64,000 bases of DNA from Podarcis filfolensis (Eukaryota): NCBI GenBank assembly GCA_964270895.1, contig OZ185438.1, one strand, 5' to 3'. Below, piece by piece: positions 25,103 to 39,310 of the stretch. A program made the translations under genes and the position numbers. Each line of letters opens with the position of its first letter. Positions within the stretch are counted from its first letter, which is position 1. The notes under the pieces were generated by a model that searched no databases, was not told the origin of the DNA, and saw nothing but the letters and a program-made list of their open reading frames with translations.

Positions 25103-27212
25103 CTTTAATCCCAGACCTGGTCATAATGCTGACATGCATTTTTATGTGTTTTTCCCTATTTTCTTTTTAAACCATTCCTTCACACTTAGTCAATGCATTT
25201 GTATTCTGTACTTTGTTGTAAAACACGACTGTTTGACGGGTTGTTTCTCAAACCAGCTTCACCCAGATTGGAGTCCTCAAGCCATTCCTAATTCATCCCC
25301 AACAAGGTGTGGACAGCTATGCACAGTTTACCTTCCCTGCCCCCTCATTAATGCCCCCTGGGGTGTACACAAACAGAAACAAATCTCACACTAATGAAGC
25401 TATTATGAAGAGCTAGGAGGGTGGAGGGGTGGGGGTGGGAGGAGCCGTGAAATACACCCGGGGGGAACACACCCATAGACAAAAATTTGCAGGAAGCTCT
25501 TTGTATTGGTCTTGTCTTCCACAAGACTGGGTCCTTGACCAGAGCCAGCTGTGCTCCTTGCTCAAATCAGAATAAAACTCCTCTTTATAAATTACTATTT
25601 TTAAGTTTCTGTTCAGGACATGAGAGCACTACATCTCCCAGCAGTGATAACTGTATCATTACAATCTGTGCATCCAGCAAGTATAGAGGAATAAAGAAAC
25701 AAGGCTGTTTTCAGCTTTAAAAAGAATCCTTTCCCCCAAGGAGACCCTTCTTGTTCTTCTTGTAATTAACGATCAGAAACTATTGATATCTGAATTAGCT
25801 AGAACAACAAGAACAAAAATAGATTAAAAAAAAATAAAATCCCAGAAGATCAAGCTATAGAAAGCTCTGTCTTAATCAAAGAGTGTGCATTTGTGATAGC
25901 AGAGATGGGCAGGTTTGTGCTATTTAAAAACAAGATGGTGAGAGAGGGAGGGAGAGAGACAGAATTTGTAGCATAACCAGGTCATTGGCCTCATCATGAT
26001 TTCAGTCCCATGCAACTTGACCTACTGCTTTATTAGCTCGGTTATTGTTTCTGTTCATGCCAGGGATAGAACAACAAAGTCAATGTAGAAATGTGATCTT
26101 CCTAAGAATTATACTAACAACTTGCTGTCCACACAATTAAATAATTCAGTGTAATTTCAGATACTCTAGTTTCCAGAATGCTTTGTCTGAGGTAAACTAT
26201 ATTAACCCTGGGGTTGGTGCGGCAAAAATCCTCCAGAATTTGTTCTCTAAAAGTGAGATACTTTAATTATGTTGTCCCTGCCAGGGCAGTTTTCTCAAGC
26301 ATAAACTCTGCAATGGCAAGCAAATTATAACTCTGTATGTGTGTTTTAAAGCAGCAGCCTTAAAAAATCTGCTAGTTTCCCCACTGAAAATATAACGCAG
26401 TCCATCCACAGCAGGAGCCGTAGCTTGTTAGCTGTAGTGTGGTCTAGGCAGGCAGGATAAGAGTGGACTTGGTCAGGGAGAGGAAGCCAATGAAGGCAAA
26501 GCCACAAGCCTCTTTAGGCTGCCCTAGGGGAGGTTTGAGGAATTCGATCTTTGCAAAATACTGAGTTCATGCTTCTTCAAATGTTGCATTTCTTGCAGAT
26601 TTAAATACCCGTTTTGAGAGAAAAGACACATTTAAATATGTATTAAAATATATAATTACATAATTTGGAATGAAAAAGCTGAGGACTACATCTACCCTTG
26701 CATTTTATTTACAGTGATTTGATCCTTGCAAATTCTCTTAGACGCTGCCTGCCTTAATGCCCAGGCCCCTCCTCTACACATTCTTTATATTCTTGTCAGT
26801 ATCTGCACTTGCTGATATTACCATACTACTTAAATAAGACTGGATAATATACTTATCTATGTAGTGCTGTTTAATGAATTCTGCCTCCCCGCTCCCCTTG
26901 CATTTATTTTCACCTTTTAGCTGTTCAGACACATTCTCCAAAAGCGAGGATGAGACAGTGCCGCTATATCTGAACCACATGATGATAGGAAAACGCTCGT
27001 GCAGACATATTTTGAGAGGAATGTAAAAATAATGTAGAGGTTATTGGAGAAATGTAATGTAACGGAAGTTTGAATTTAAAAGATGTGTGATTGACGTGGG
27101 CTGGAAGCAGACATATCCAACTTTCCATAGGGTGCCTGCAGCGCAGCTGCCTTTTGGCCAGTGCACTTTTTAAAACCCACTTTCACCCAGCCTTTGGAAG
27201 TAAGCTATCAAC

Positions 27213-27351
27213 TTGGACTGCTCAGTCGGTAGAGCATGAGACTCCTAATCTCAGGGGTCGTGGGTTCAAGCCCCAGGTTGGGCAAAAAGATTCCTGCACT
27301 GCAGGGGGTGGACTAGATGGCCCTTGTGATCCCTTCCAACTCTAGGATTCT
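27213..27351 (+). mobile_element. tRNA-Lys(CTT)-derived SINE with a CR1-type 3' tail
   Basis: GCTCAGTCGGTAGAGCATGAGACTCCTAATCTCAGGGGTCGTGGGTTCAAGCCCC resembles tRNA-Lys and is fused to GGACTAGATG...CCCTTCCAACTCTAGGATTCT. Confidence 0.8.
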
Positions 27352-28430
27352 GTCTATTTTGCACATTGCATGGAGGGCACCGGATGGGCCCACAAAACTG
27401 GTTTTCCTATTGGTTTGCTTTTGCTACTGTAACTCATCCCTCATTCAAAGAGTTCTGTAGTCAGTAGTGCCCGGGCGAAAATTGGGAAACTGTCTGGGAA
27501 AATGTCGGCAGTGTCAACAACTTTTGTGTCCAGATTTTCACTTTTTGAAATACGGCAACCCTATTGTAATAAGCCAGTACAATTGTGAGAGTCATACATT
27601 CATACTGAAGGTGATGTTAAGGAGTTTCTTGAAAGTCATTTTTTGTTTGAATGAAATGCAGAAAACATTCTGGGGTTCTTTCTTTTTTTTTAGTTCTAAA
27701 TCATGTTTTAACTTTACAGATGAAAGTCATATGCATTAAAAGTCATATAACCTGGGGTGCTCAATGTCATAAATCAATGCATATTTAATCAAAACGAATT
27801 TGCTTTTGTTTTCACGTTGCTGCATTATACTCCATCAATGTAATGAGGTCACTCTTGCACTTAATTAATTGTGCATGCTTATGCTCCCCCCGCCCCCCTT
27901 TGCCTTCTGGTTATACCCGAGATTTCATATAACGTTGATGGATGATCAGTACCTACTTTCCAAATGGGCCAAGCAATAAAGTTCAGTTGTAAATTGATTT
28001 TTTAAAGAGCAATTTAATTATTCTAAAATTTCAGATTAGTTGCAAGCTTTCCTCATAAAAGAACATGGATATCCTCAGGGCTAAGACTGTAAAGGTAAAG
28101 ACTTTCTATGATGTTCAACATGGCCAGGAATGGCCAGTTTAAGAACCACATTATAAGCTTCACAGATCAAACTGCATCCTACCGCTTTAAAGCTCAGACG
28201 CTCTAAACATTAACAGAATCTAGAAGATTTGTCAAAACTTTTCTGGAACTTATTGTATGGGATAAGAGCATGTTGAGCTCCACAAGCTGGTCAAATATCA
28301 GCTAAGAAATGACTGAGATATAGCAGATTAAAATGTTTGTGTGGGTCTTTGCAGCCCCCAACTCCCACTCTAATTCACAGCAACTGATATTTGCCCAGGC
28401 ATAACAGAGTGTCATGAGTTTGGAGTGAGT

Positions 28431-28924
28431 TGTGGAGTTAAGACCCTTTTAATTCCTGGATCCAGCCTGGATTCAATTGCTGGACTAGCCAGGCCAGTCT
28501 GGCTCAATGATCCATAGAGGAGAGGAACAAAGGGAGTGGCTCTGTGCCAGAGGGCAAATGGGTGGGCCTCCCTCCCCCAACTGTCTGTTAATTAGAAAGA
28601 CTAAAGTCCAGAGCTGACGACTTATGTGAATTAGAAGCTGGAGGCAAAAGCTGCAGGTTTGAAAAGCAGAAAGAGACAGCCATGGATGATTTCTGCTGGG
28701 ATCAAAGGCTGCAGCTATGGGAGAAGCAAGACCCTGCTGGGGTGTTGGTGCTATGAAGCTCTCCATTGCAGGCTCAGGATGTATATATGTGTAAATAAAC
28801 CATATATCATAAAGACGCCACATTCTCCGCGGTGCCTCATTCACAAAAGGAAACACGGACCCTGCGTAAGCACCTGGAACCCCTCGGATCTCTCACCGCT
28901 CAGCGATTGGGGTGGAGTGCAACA
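28431..28924 (+). mobile_element. Probable solo LTR
   Basis: TGT...AACA ends with internal GTAAATAAACC and a U5-like segment; boundaries uncertain, no TSD seen. Confidence 0.5.
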
Positions 28925-30129
28925 ATATATACACATGTTTTTCGTGCTCATTTTAGCTGTGTTTAAAAATATATAATGTGGTTCTTAAACAGACCAAAAA
29001 TGACAGAAATTCTTATCCTTTACAGTCTTGACCTTGTTCATCTATGATGAAATCTTGGCAAATTGCTAAGTATCTAGTGTGCTAAGTAACTAGTGATAAG
29101 TTTACCAGTGCAACACAACAAACAAATTATTTAAATCCTAACCATTTAATTTTCTTTTAAAAATAAAAATACATAGATTGCAGTATGCTATCTTACGATG
29201 AACTGTGGCCAGGCATTACTCCTCACTAATGACAGACAAGCTATTAAGCAGAGCTGATGTTTTGTGATTTTAAAAGGGCAGTTTATTCAGTCCTACAGCT
29301 TAGTAGCCAAATCTGTCCAAAATAGCTAAAGCTACATATCACAAAACACATAACATAAGATGACATATCAAGGTAACAACAGCAAAATTGTAAATTCAAA
29401 CTCTGCCTCTATCTGCCCACAACTCTCCCTCAAAAGTCTTCCTAAATGAAAGTTTTTTGAACTTGTTGGCAACAGTAGAAAGATGGAGCCCAATGTACCT
29501 CTCAGGCGTCCCCAAGGATGGTGCCATAACTGTATAAAAGCAGCAGCAGCAAGCCCAAAACAAAGGTTCTCACAGTATAGAGAGGTTTGTTTTTCCTTTT
29601 TTGAAAAAGGCTAAAACACAAGATAATGAAAGGTCTGCTCATGCATTTAAGCTCTAAAATGAATTTGGGGGCTTTGGAACAACCCTCCATTCTGAGGTGC
29701 CATGTGGTGGTCTTGAAGTTCCTTTAGGCAATGCAGCTTTTGCTATTCAGAGCAAGACAAAACACAGCATGTGGTGGACTCTGTGGAGTCTATGTTGAAA
29801 GGCAGCTGCAATCTGTTTCCCTGCAAACAGATGAGATAGGCACTGGCACACTGTCAGTATAATTCCTGGATGGATAGTTCTCCTTACCAGGAGACCAACT
29901 AGTATATAGCATACTATCTAACCTGAATTGTATTACAGCACCTTCAGATTGGGATGTCTCCATTGGTTAGCTAGTTTTAGTGCACTTTAAAGTTCATAAT
30001 ACTTTGAGATTTACCCATTATGATTTCAGATTTGAAGGTTAGAATTGTACTTATTAGAACCACTTTTCTAGAACTGTCTCCTCTTCCCAAGCCATAGTCT
30101 ATCCTAGTTAAAGAAACAAAGTTATAAAG

Positions 30130-30687
30130 CAGGGGTCAGCAAAAAAAATTTAGCCGCTGGCCGGTTCACTGTCCCTCAGACCTTGTTGTGGGCCAGAGAA
30201 GCTGCACTGGGGGGGGGAGGAGCTGGAATAAGAGGCAGGGGGGCAAGTAGTCATCCTCCCCCCCACCTCCAGCTGCTGCACTTACCTTCCCAGGGGCTGC
30301 CACCACAGCTGCTGCTGCTGCTTCTCGTGGGGAGGCAGAGCAAGCTCGTCTGCTCCGCTCTCTGGCCCACAGGAGCACCAGGAAGGAGGAGGGAAGATGA
30401 GCAGCGCGAAGGGGCTGGCTCCAGAGAGGGGCTGCTTAAAATGGTGCTCAGCCAGCTCAGCCCAGCCCCCTTCCTCCTCTAGGCAGGGCAAGGAGAAGCC
30501 AGGAGGAGGGAGGGAAGAGGCATCACCACGGTGTGTGTGAGGGAGGGGGGAATGGAATGGCACTGGGGGGGAATGGTGCAGCCTGAACGAACAGAATCCC
30601 CACGCTGATTCACGGACAGTCCGTGGGCAGGATCCTGAAGGCAGTTGGGCCTGATCCAGCCCGCAGGCCTTAGTTTGCTGACCCCTG
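30130..30687. mobile_element. Non-autonomous hAT element
   Basis: CAGGGGTCAGCAAA/TTTGCTGACCCCTG TIRs; exact 8-bp TSD TTATAAAG. Confidence 0.92.
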
Positions 30688-33600
30688 TTATAAAGGATCC
30701 TTTCAATCACATTTCTTTTCATCTCATTAATTAGATTTCTTTTTGTTCTCAAGCATAATGATGAGGAAGCCAATGGTCATATTTATTTTTAAAAAATCAG
30801 AGGCATTTTTTAAAATGTGGAGACAGCAGCCACCAGCAGCGCACAAGATGTGGTGCATGGAGGCGGCCACAGAGACGGTGCATGGAGGTGGCTGGTGTGG
30901 TGGCATGCAGGGCAGAGGCTGCAGAGGTGGTGGTGGCCAGCCGCAGCGGGTGGTGTGTGGAGGCAGCTGCAAAGGTGGTATGCAGCTACAACATGCAGCC
31001 ACAGCGGCGGGGGGGGGGGGGAGCCGGGCACTCACAACAACAAAAATTTGGAGCGTTGGCACCCAGGGCACTGGGGAGATGGTGCCTATGAATCTCTCTG
31101 TGCTAGCCTTTCATCCAAAGTTCATCACAGTGCAAGAAACGGAACTGTAAGTTTTTCTCATGGTAAACCTACATGCTACAAGAAGCATACGCCTTGTCAC
31201 CAACAATGGAGAATAAGAGATAACTGCGCACAGAGGGTCCTGTTAGGTCCTTATGTCAGGAATAGCCTTTTAAAAGATCAGTATTATTCCCATGGAACTT
31301 TAAGCCTAGATTACTTAGCTTGCAATTCTATACCACCTACTTACTTGGGAGTAAGCCTCATTAGCAGAACTTATTTCTATGCAGTTTGCCTCTTTTCCTT
31401 GGTGGGATACAGCAAAAAACTTTAGCTTGGTACATTTTGATCAGATAAATGCAACACCTAACAATTACTTTACTTTAATGTGTCTTCTGAAGAGCTACTC
31501 CTAGCCATTTCATACCATCCTAGCCTGACACCCTTTAATTCTGTTGCATTAGATGTATGGCACTGATGTAGTAAGTGAAGGATGTCATTGTGCTGACAAT
31601 GGAATAAAATGAGGGATTATTATAGCAGGAAGCATTACAAAGCAAATTCGGTTGTAAATTATTTCTGATTATCTTTATCAAGGTGTAGAGCTGACATACT
31701 TAAGGAGATATTTCAGTTCTTGTTATCTTATTACTGGTCCTTTGCGAAAATGAATCTAATGTTCATAGAAGATTAAGTTCTAAATGATAGTATTAGAATC
31801 CGCTTATCTTATTTTCCTTCAGTCACCTTCGGATCTCCTAAAAGGCAAATGCTGCGTTGCTGCTGGCTTTCAAACCAGCTTCAGGTGCCATTTTAAGGGG
31901 CCATGACATGTAAGCTGATTTGTAAATTTAAATTATGTCTAATGTAAAAGATAGGAGGAATCTCTTAGAATGGTAGTCAATGACTTCTGCAACAATTAAA
32001 GAGAAAGACATTTGTGACATTTGTGGAGTTGCTGTTATTTGGTTAACAATACTAGTCAAGCTGCTTAGAATTCATTGTCATAACTTCATTGCAAATTGGA
32101 ACGCTGAGTGAAGCAGTGAGCTGTTCATGCCCTTTGGAACTCAAAAGGAGAAGCTTCAGAAAGAGCAAGAGAATGCTCAGCTGATTTTTGTGGCTCTATA
32201 ATGGTGCACTTTTGTAATCTTTTTACTTTTATTTGTATTTTTTATATCACATCTTCATACTTCTCAAAATTTTGTGGGTGAAAATGGGGGGAGAGCATGT
32301 TTAATTATAAAATTTACGCTCAGGATTTGTTCCCACCAGCACCTTCCCATTGCTGAAAGTTGCTTCTTTTGCTCTCTACATAGCATGCATTTACTTTTCA
32401 ACAATGTGTCCTGAACAGAGAGGGTGGCATTCAACCAAGTTTTACTCAGAGTAGACCCGCTGAAATTAATAAACATGACTCTGGGGGCAATCCTATGGCA
32501 AGGTCTGTTGGGATGGGCAACTTAGGATGCAGCAACTTTCTGGCTTAGTCAGGGTTAAGTCACCAGCCCGGGCTCAGCCAAAGATACTCCCCAGTAATTT
32601 ACTCACCCCAACTGAAGCTGGCTGAAGGGTTGTTCCAGAGGTGTAATATGGTGGGACGGGGGGGGGGGACGACGACTTAGGCTGGATCATGTGACCTGGC
32701 AACCTGACATAATACACAGTTTTAAAGGCTTGTTTTCCCTCTGCCAGCTTTAGGCAGCAGTAGCCCCAGAACTGAATGGGGTTTAGATCCAGTTTCAGCT
32801 TACATTGCAACAATGCCTGGAGGGCACCAGGTTGGGAAAGGATGACATTGGGCTTTTGCCTACAAGATCGTACTTTGACATGCTCAGTTTCTTTTCACGA
32901 TAACCTTTAAGTTTACTTACCCATCAGTTTCCCCCTATCTTGTTCTTGCTAAATTTCACAGCCAAATTTCACAGCTAAATTTCACTTATTTTTGGATTTT
33001 TAGCTTAGCCCAAAAACTGGCTACACCATCTGTGACATAGATAAATATGCCACCTGCTCTTTGTTTTTTGTTCAGAGATGTTGGATAGCATTGGACTATG
33101 AAATCCTATTTGTTATGGCTCCATTCTGATTTTGGACCATTCAATATCTATCAGCATGGACTTCTTCAACCAACTGGTGTCCACATTATTGCAGGGTTTT
33201 TCTTCTCTAGCTTCTTGGTTTTGTGTTTTAAAACTCATTACTCAGAAGTAAGCCCCTGTGGGTTCAGTGGGGTTGGCTTCCTAGCAAGTGTGCCCATGAT
33301 TACAGCCTAAGTCAAATATGGATTTGTCTCATCTTGAGAACACTGTATGGAATACATATCCTAATGTTATATGGTACTTTTCTGTCTCTACGTGTCCTTA
33401 CTTCTGTTTCCTTCTAATCAACTATGTAATACTGCCCACTGGGAAATGAGAAACGAGACAAATATTTATCAGTTTCAAGGACAGAACTACGCAGTTCAAG
33501 GACTTTCGAAGGGAATGTCTTAGAACCGCAGTGTTGGGCTGAATGGAAGTGACTCTCCTACAACTCACTGAGTAAGTTTTGCTTACCTTAACAATATAGA

Positions 33601-34414
33601 GGTATCAGCCTGTGACAGGGAGCAAATCAGGGATCAGCCATGACTGGCACTAAAGTTAATTTTAAAATAGACTTAGAAAATTAACTTATTAAATATTAAG
33701 GGTCAGTATTATAATGGCTTTAAAAGATCAGGATCTATTTCATGTCAATTCAAAGTGGTGATTTATTTGTGATGGCTGATGAAAGGTTAAAGTCACAGTA
33801 GTTTGAAAGATCGTTTCAACCTTTATTTCAATGTTGTCTCCAGGGAGATATAAAAATGTATGTAGGAGGAAGATTGCAGCAGAGCAGTGGAAAAATAGTC
33901 TGCCAGGAGGACTGGAGGTTTCAAAGGCTTGCTAGTGAGACAGTTAACCTATCACCCCTGGGTTTTCTGTTCAAAACCCACTCAGGTGAATAGGAATCAG
34001 ACATTATTCTTCAGTTCTTTTCCATCATACCACACTCTCAAGGCAATCTGCCCTCCCATTTAAGTCCATGGGCTGCTTTTGTGTCCTGCTGGGCACCCAG
34101 CGCCTCTGGAAAGTTCAACAGCTACAACTTTTGCCTTTGTTAAAGTGACCCATGTGGTCCTGCCATCCATACCTGATAAGAACATATTTTTATACTTGAA
34201 AATATATCCATACCCACTGACACCTGAAAGTAACTGTTGTGACTGCTGTATGCATTGACAGTTCCAACTGAGACCCAGGACCACTGGCTCAAACTTCACA
34301 CCAGTCTGTGGACTGGTCCAAATTACCACGGCAAATTACGAACACAAAGCTATTCCTGTAAGTGCTTCCTGTAACATGAGAAATAGAAATAGTTTAGGGA
34401 AGCTTTTAATGTTT

Positions 34415-34500
34415 GAGGAATTACTGTATTTTAATATTTTGTTGGAAGCCGCCCACAGTGGCTGGGGAAGTCCAGCCAGATGGACGGGGTATAAATAAAA
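34415..34500 (+). mobile_element. L2 3' tail fragment
   Basis: GGAAGCCGCCC...GGGGTATAAATAAAA, same family as 3595-3680. Confidence 0.75.
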
Positions 34501-34645
34501 AAAATATTGTTATTGCTGTTGTTGTTGTTTTTGTTGTTGTTATTATTATTATTCTAGCATGTTATTGCAAAAAAGTAATTTGTAGGCATGGAGTCACTTT
34601 TCTGTGTCGATTATTACACAACAAACCCCACTTCCCTCATTGCAG

Positions 34646-34647
34646 TC

Positions 34648-34679
<32 letters not shown>

Positions 34680-34830
34680 CTTATTATTTATACCCCACCC
34701 ATCTTGCTGGGTTTCCCCAGCCACTCTGGGCAGCTTCCAACAAAATATTGAAAATACATTAAAACAGCAGTAATTGAAAACTTCCCTAAACAGGGCTGCC
34801 TTCAGATGTCTTCTAAAAGTCAGATAGCTG
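34646..34830 (-). mobile_element. L2 3' end with (AAC)n tail
   Basis: Colinear with 3600-3770. Confidence 0.82.
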
Positions 34831-36375
34831 TTTAAAAGGTTGTAGTCTGTTTCAGCCACACTTGGGTCTTGTGTGTCATTCACTGCCTTCCTCAGTGCCT
34901 TCATGGGTGGTTTGGACAGTGCAAAAAGCCAACAAACAGGAAAACAGTTTCCTCCCTTGAACTAAGCCTAGTTCAACTTAACTCATTTCCCAGAATCATT
35001 ATGCTGTATCTATTCCTTTTTTGTTTCATTTTCATTTTACTTTTAATTTGTATACCACCTTTCCATATTACTATGCATAAGGCTGTTTACAAGCTGAAGA
35101 AACAACAAACAAAATATACAACAAAGATCACATATGCTATAACAATCTGATCCAATACAAAAAAGTCCTAATAAAAAAAAACCTTTAAAATAAACAACTG
35201 AGATCAAATAAAGGTATATTCAACAATCCATTAGAGTATAATAGTACACAATAAAATTAAATATTAATAATTAATAATTAAACAGACAATTAGCAATTAC
35301 TGTACAATAAATAATTACTAAACTTTGGCCCAGGGAACACAAAGGGTCACATCTGTCCATATAGGTGCTTAGATCAGGTTCAGAGGTTCTGCTCTGCACT
35401 TACACCTGAGAAGTGACTGTTGCCTGGTTTGCTTGTCATGGGTAAGCTGAACTATGGCTTGCCAGGACCAAGTGCATGTGTAGCTCCTGGAGAGGCGCTT
35501 ATACCCGCTTTGATCCTCTCCTGTCCTTTTAGCTCAGTGTAGTGCAGCAGCTAAGCCCAAATTTTCTGTTGGCTACAGCTTGTGGTTAAGGAGGAGAGAG
35601 TTTAACTATGATCCTTCTTTTGGATGATGTGCTAAGCCAAACCTTGACTTAGCTGCCATGCCACACTAAGCTACAAGAACCAAAGGAGTTAAACAGAGGA
35701 GCAAAACAGCAGCAATCTGCTACTGGGGAGCCAGCACAATAGCACATTCCCCCTGAGCCATGATTTCACTTACGGTTACATGCAGACCCAACCAAGGTTC
35801 TAGAATTCTCCATTCAGGAGGGTTGCCTGCATCCTCTCCCTTGTGGCCGCTAGCAGAACATAAAGACTCTCTCATCTCAGAGATCATTTGCTGCCATGGC
35901 AATTCAACTGTCTATTTCCAGCTGCTAATTTTTAAAATAGTATTTTAGGGTCATTATCTTTATGTTATGTTTCTAAACTGTCACTTTAAGATTGTAAAGG
36001 TTTTTAGAATTAGTTACCGTAATTATTCCATTGGCCACTGTGTTTTATTTAGAAAAATGGAGTGACATTCAATGATAGTAATACTCAGAGTAGATCCTCT
36101 GAAAGAAGTATACTTAAGTTCATTAATTTCAGTGGGTCTACTCTGAGTATGATTTAGTTGGCTATCACCCATGGATTTAGTATGAATAAATCAAAAGCAT
36201 TTTACATGGAAGTCCTCTGTGTCCTTTCTGAAATAATACAGTCCAGCCAAAGCTTACCATTGTGAATATTCTGATCGTGTGTTCTTCTCTCATTTTAACA
36301 AGTTACTGAATTAATCAAATAAATTTATGTAAAAGGGTGTTCAGAAGATTCTATTACTGACAGTTTTTAGGATTA

Positions 36376-36631
36376 CAGTCATACCTCCAGTTGTGAATGT
36401 GAACCCATGCGGGAGGCACGTTCGGAACCCACAGCGTTCGTAGCCTGAAGCGCTGCGTCTGCACACACGCATGATGCAATTCAGTGCTTATGCGCATGAT
36501 GTCATTTTGTGCTTCTGCGCATGTGCGAGCAGCAAAACCTGGAAGTAACCTGTTCCGGTACTTCCAGGTTTGGCGCGGTCCACAAACCGAAAACGCGCAA
36601 CTTGCAGCGTTCGTAACCCGAGGTATGACTG
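36376..36631. mobile_element. Tc1/mariner MITE family B
   Basis: TA-CAGTCATACCTC...GAGGTATGACTG-TA. Confidence 0.88.
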
Positions 36632-37436
36632 TAATTTTAATTGATTTTATCTGCTATATGCTTTTGGTAATTTCTATGTACATTTCTTAGAAACTTGGAT
36701 GCTTAACTAGCATATAAACAGCTGAAATAATACATAACTGCTGATCATTGCAGTTAACATTGGCCAAGAGGTAACAAAGAACTGTAGCCAAAACACCAGA
36801 TATGGAATCTGCAGACACACCTGTCATACAAATCTTTTGCCTCCATCTATATTGGATTCTAAGTATGGGGGGGGGGATCATGCCAGATTAATATTCCATC
36901 ACAACTGTGAAGTGACCATTGGCAGGAACAGCTGATTTGCAGGAAACGGTCTCTCCCAATGTGCTTGTGCCATCTGGGAGCTCTTTTGCTCTTGTCCTGA
37001 AAGTGAATATTAAAGTGCACGCTGAAGAGTTTGACACAGAACCACAAAGAAATCTCAAAATTGTGGACTGAGTAGATGCCTCTTGAGTTTCAATAATTCT
37101 GTGTCCTTTTTGTCTTTCTGTGTATGCACAGATTTACAGTATCTATTTCATGCCAAGCAGTATTTGTGGCTGTTGATGAGAATGGCACTTGCAGCTGCCC
37201 ATCCAGTTCGTAACTTGGTTAACCTGTCTGGAATATATTGGAGCTAGAAGAAACTCCCCCCAAATCTGCAAAATACGAAATGTGAAAGCTTTCGATAATG
37301 TGGCCAATGACGCATGACTGTGTGAACCAGCCATTTGCATGACAGTCATTGAAAAGAAAAAAATGAATGTAGTATATAGCAGGCATGTCCAACTCCCTGA
37401 GATCTACTCCCAGTATAAAAAACTGACAGTGATCTA

Positions 37437-37805
37437 GGGACACGGGTGGCACTGTGGTCTAAACCACGGAGCCTCTTGGGCTTGCTGATCAGAAGGTCGG
37501 CGGTTCGAATCCCTGCAACAGGGTGAGTTCCCATTGCTCTGTCCCAGCTCCTGCCCACCTAGCAGTTCGAAAGCATGCCAAAAAGTGCAAGTAGATAAAT
37601 AGGTACCACTCTGGTGGGAAGGTAAACGGCATTTCCATGTGCTGCTCTGGTTTTGCCAGAAGCGGCTTAGTCATGCTGGCCACATGACCCAGAAAAACTG
37701 TCTGCAGACAAAGGCCGGCTCCCTCGGCCAGTAAAGCGAGATGAGTGCCGCAACCCCAGAGTCGTCTGCGACTGGACTTAACTGTCAGGGGTCCTTTACC
37801 TTTAC
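37437..37805 (+). mobile_element. Sauria SINE, full length
   Basis: GGGACACGGGTGGCACTGTGG head, GGTTCGAATCCC B-box, TTTACCTTTAC tail. Confidence 0.9.
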
Positions 37806-38603
37806 AACAAGGGAAGATGGAATGGCGGGGGGGGGGAGTTCACATGCCATTGGAACAAGTGGGTGATCTGGTGTGAGGTAACTATCCACCACCTGGCAGG
37901 TAAAATTGTGGGTGCCACCCCCAGTGCCACAAGAACTTGTCAGAGATTGAGACCTCCTACCAAAGTGATTTCCCCCTCCGCAAGAAGATGTGAGATTTAA
38001 AGCTTCTAGTGTTCCTAGACATTTAAAGACTTTCTTCCCAGACAAGATGGCTCTATACAAACCTTTACCCACACAGTTCAAAAACAGGCACTGTTCTCCT
38101 TATTTTAACCTTTATTTATAAAATATATTCTTATATTATCACACTTGGAAATCCAAGCATATCAAGGTCAAGCTGAGCTGCTGTTTTTCAAAACAAGCTC
38201 TGAGATAACATCAAGATGGGAAAGTGTCTACAAAAAGCATTCCCATAAAATTCACACCCTTCACTTGTTCACAAATTGCCCTCCTTGCTTTAGTTCTCTG
38301 CTAAGTGGCTAAATACAAGGTGGTCCCTCATGCATCTGGGATCTATTTCAGCTGTTCTCCACCATGATCCAACAGCCAGTGTAGAGGCAGTGCATTGAGT
38401 CCCATGGCTCACAGATTGGACAGATCTTTAGGTGTGATGGGGTTGTGCTGCTCTTGTGCTAGCATTCCCATCTGGCATTGCAAGACATTGAAGGCAGGTG
38501 CACCAGAACATGATAAGTCAGTGTGGAAAAAGGGATATTATGTGAAGGAAGCTCATAATTAGTGGCTCAAATAAAACTTGAGCATAGTGGGATCCAATCA
38601 TTA

Positions 38604-38607
38604 CTAT

Positions 38608-38654
<47 letters not shown>

Positions 38655-38709
38655 TTTTGTATACTTCCCTTCATCCATGGATCTCTGGGCAGCAGAAAAA
38701 TACAAGATG

Positions 38710-38762
<53 letters not shown>
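38604..38762. repeat. (TTTA)n and (TC)n(TA)n microsatellites
   Basis: Read directly. Confidence 0.9.
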
Positions 38763-39189
38763 ATAGTGGCTCTTTCAGTCTGGAATCAATTTCAGAAAAT
38801 AATGCCTACAATTCTGGAATTGTACAAGTATATATGTCCCTTGCCTCGTTTACCAAGGCTGCATACACACCATACATTTATAGCACATCTGCCTCCACCA
38901 AAGAATCTTCAGAACTGTAGTTATCCCTCATAGAACACTCTTAACAAACTACAATTCCCAGAAGTTTTTTGGGGGGGGCAGAAAGGGGTGCTTTAAATTA
39001 ATGGAGCGTGTTGTAGACGCGCTCTCTCTTCCAGCCTAGAATGTGGTTGAGTTGTTGCAGGAATCTAAGTCACTGCATGAAACAGAGGCAACACTTAAAA
39101 AAACAAAAAACAAAAGGGGGAAAAGAACCAATTATCCACCTTGTATTAAGGTAGGAGACCCTCAGAAAGGCCTGAATCAATCTTTGGGA

Positions 39190-39310
39190 CATGGGTGTAG
39201 CCAAGGAGGGGCAGCTGCCCCCCCAATCAATAAAAATCAATAAAAATCTGAGGTTCTGCTTCCCCCTAACAAAAGCCTGCCCCCCAACAAAAATCCTGTC
39301 TACGCCCATG
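39190..39310. mobile_element. hAT MITE
   Basis: CATGGGTGTAG/CTACGCCCATG TIRs; TSD CTTTGGGA/CTTTAGGA; paralog at 58136-58264. Confidence 0.85.

Noticed and set aside
27213-27285. Functional tRNA-Lys gene
   Set aside because: The acceptor stem and anticodon are mutated and it runs into a CR1-type tail.
30166-31425. ORFs of 99-202 aa
   Set aside because: They arise from GC-rich interiors of non-autonomous transposons and have no transposase motifs.
33060-33580. Possible plus-strand exon (acceptor near 33075, GTAAGT donor near 33570)
   Set aside because: No sustained reading frame; isolated splice-like motifs are common by chance.
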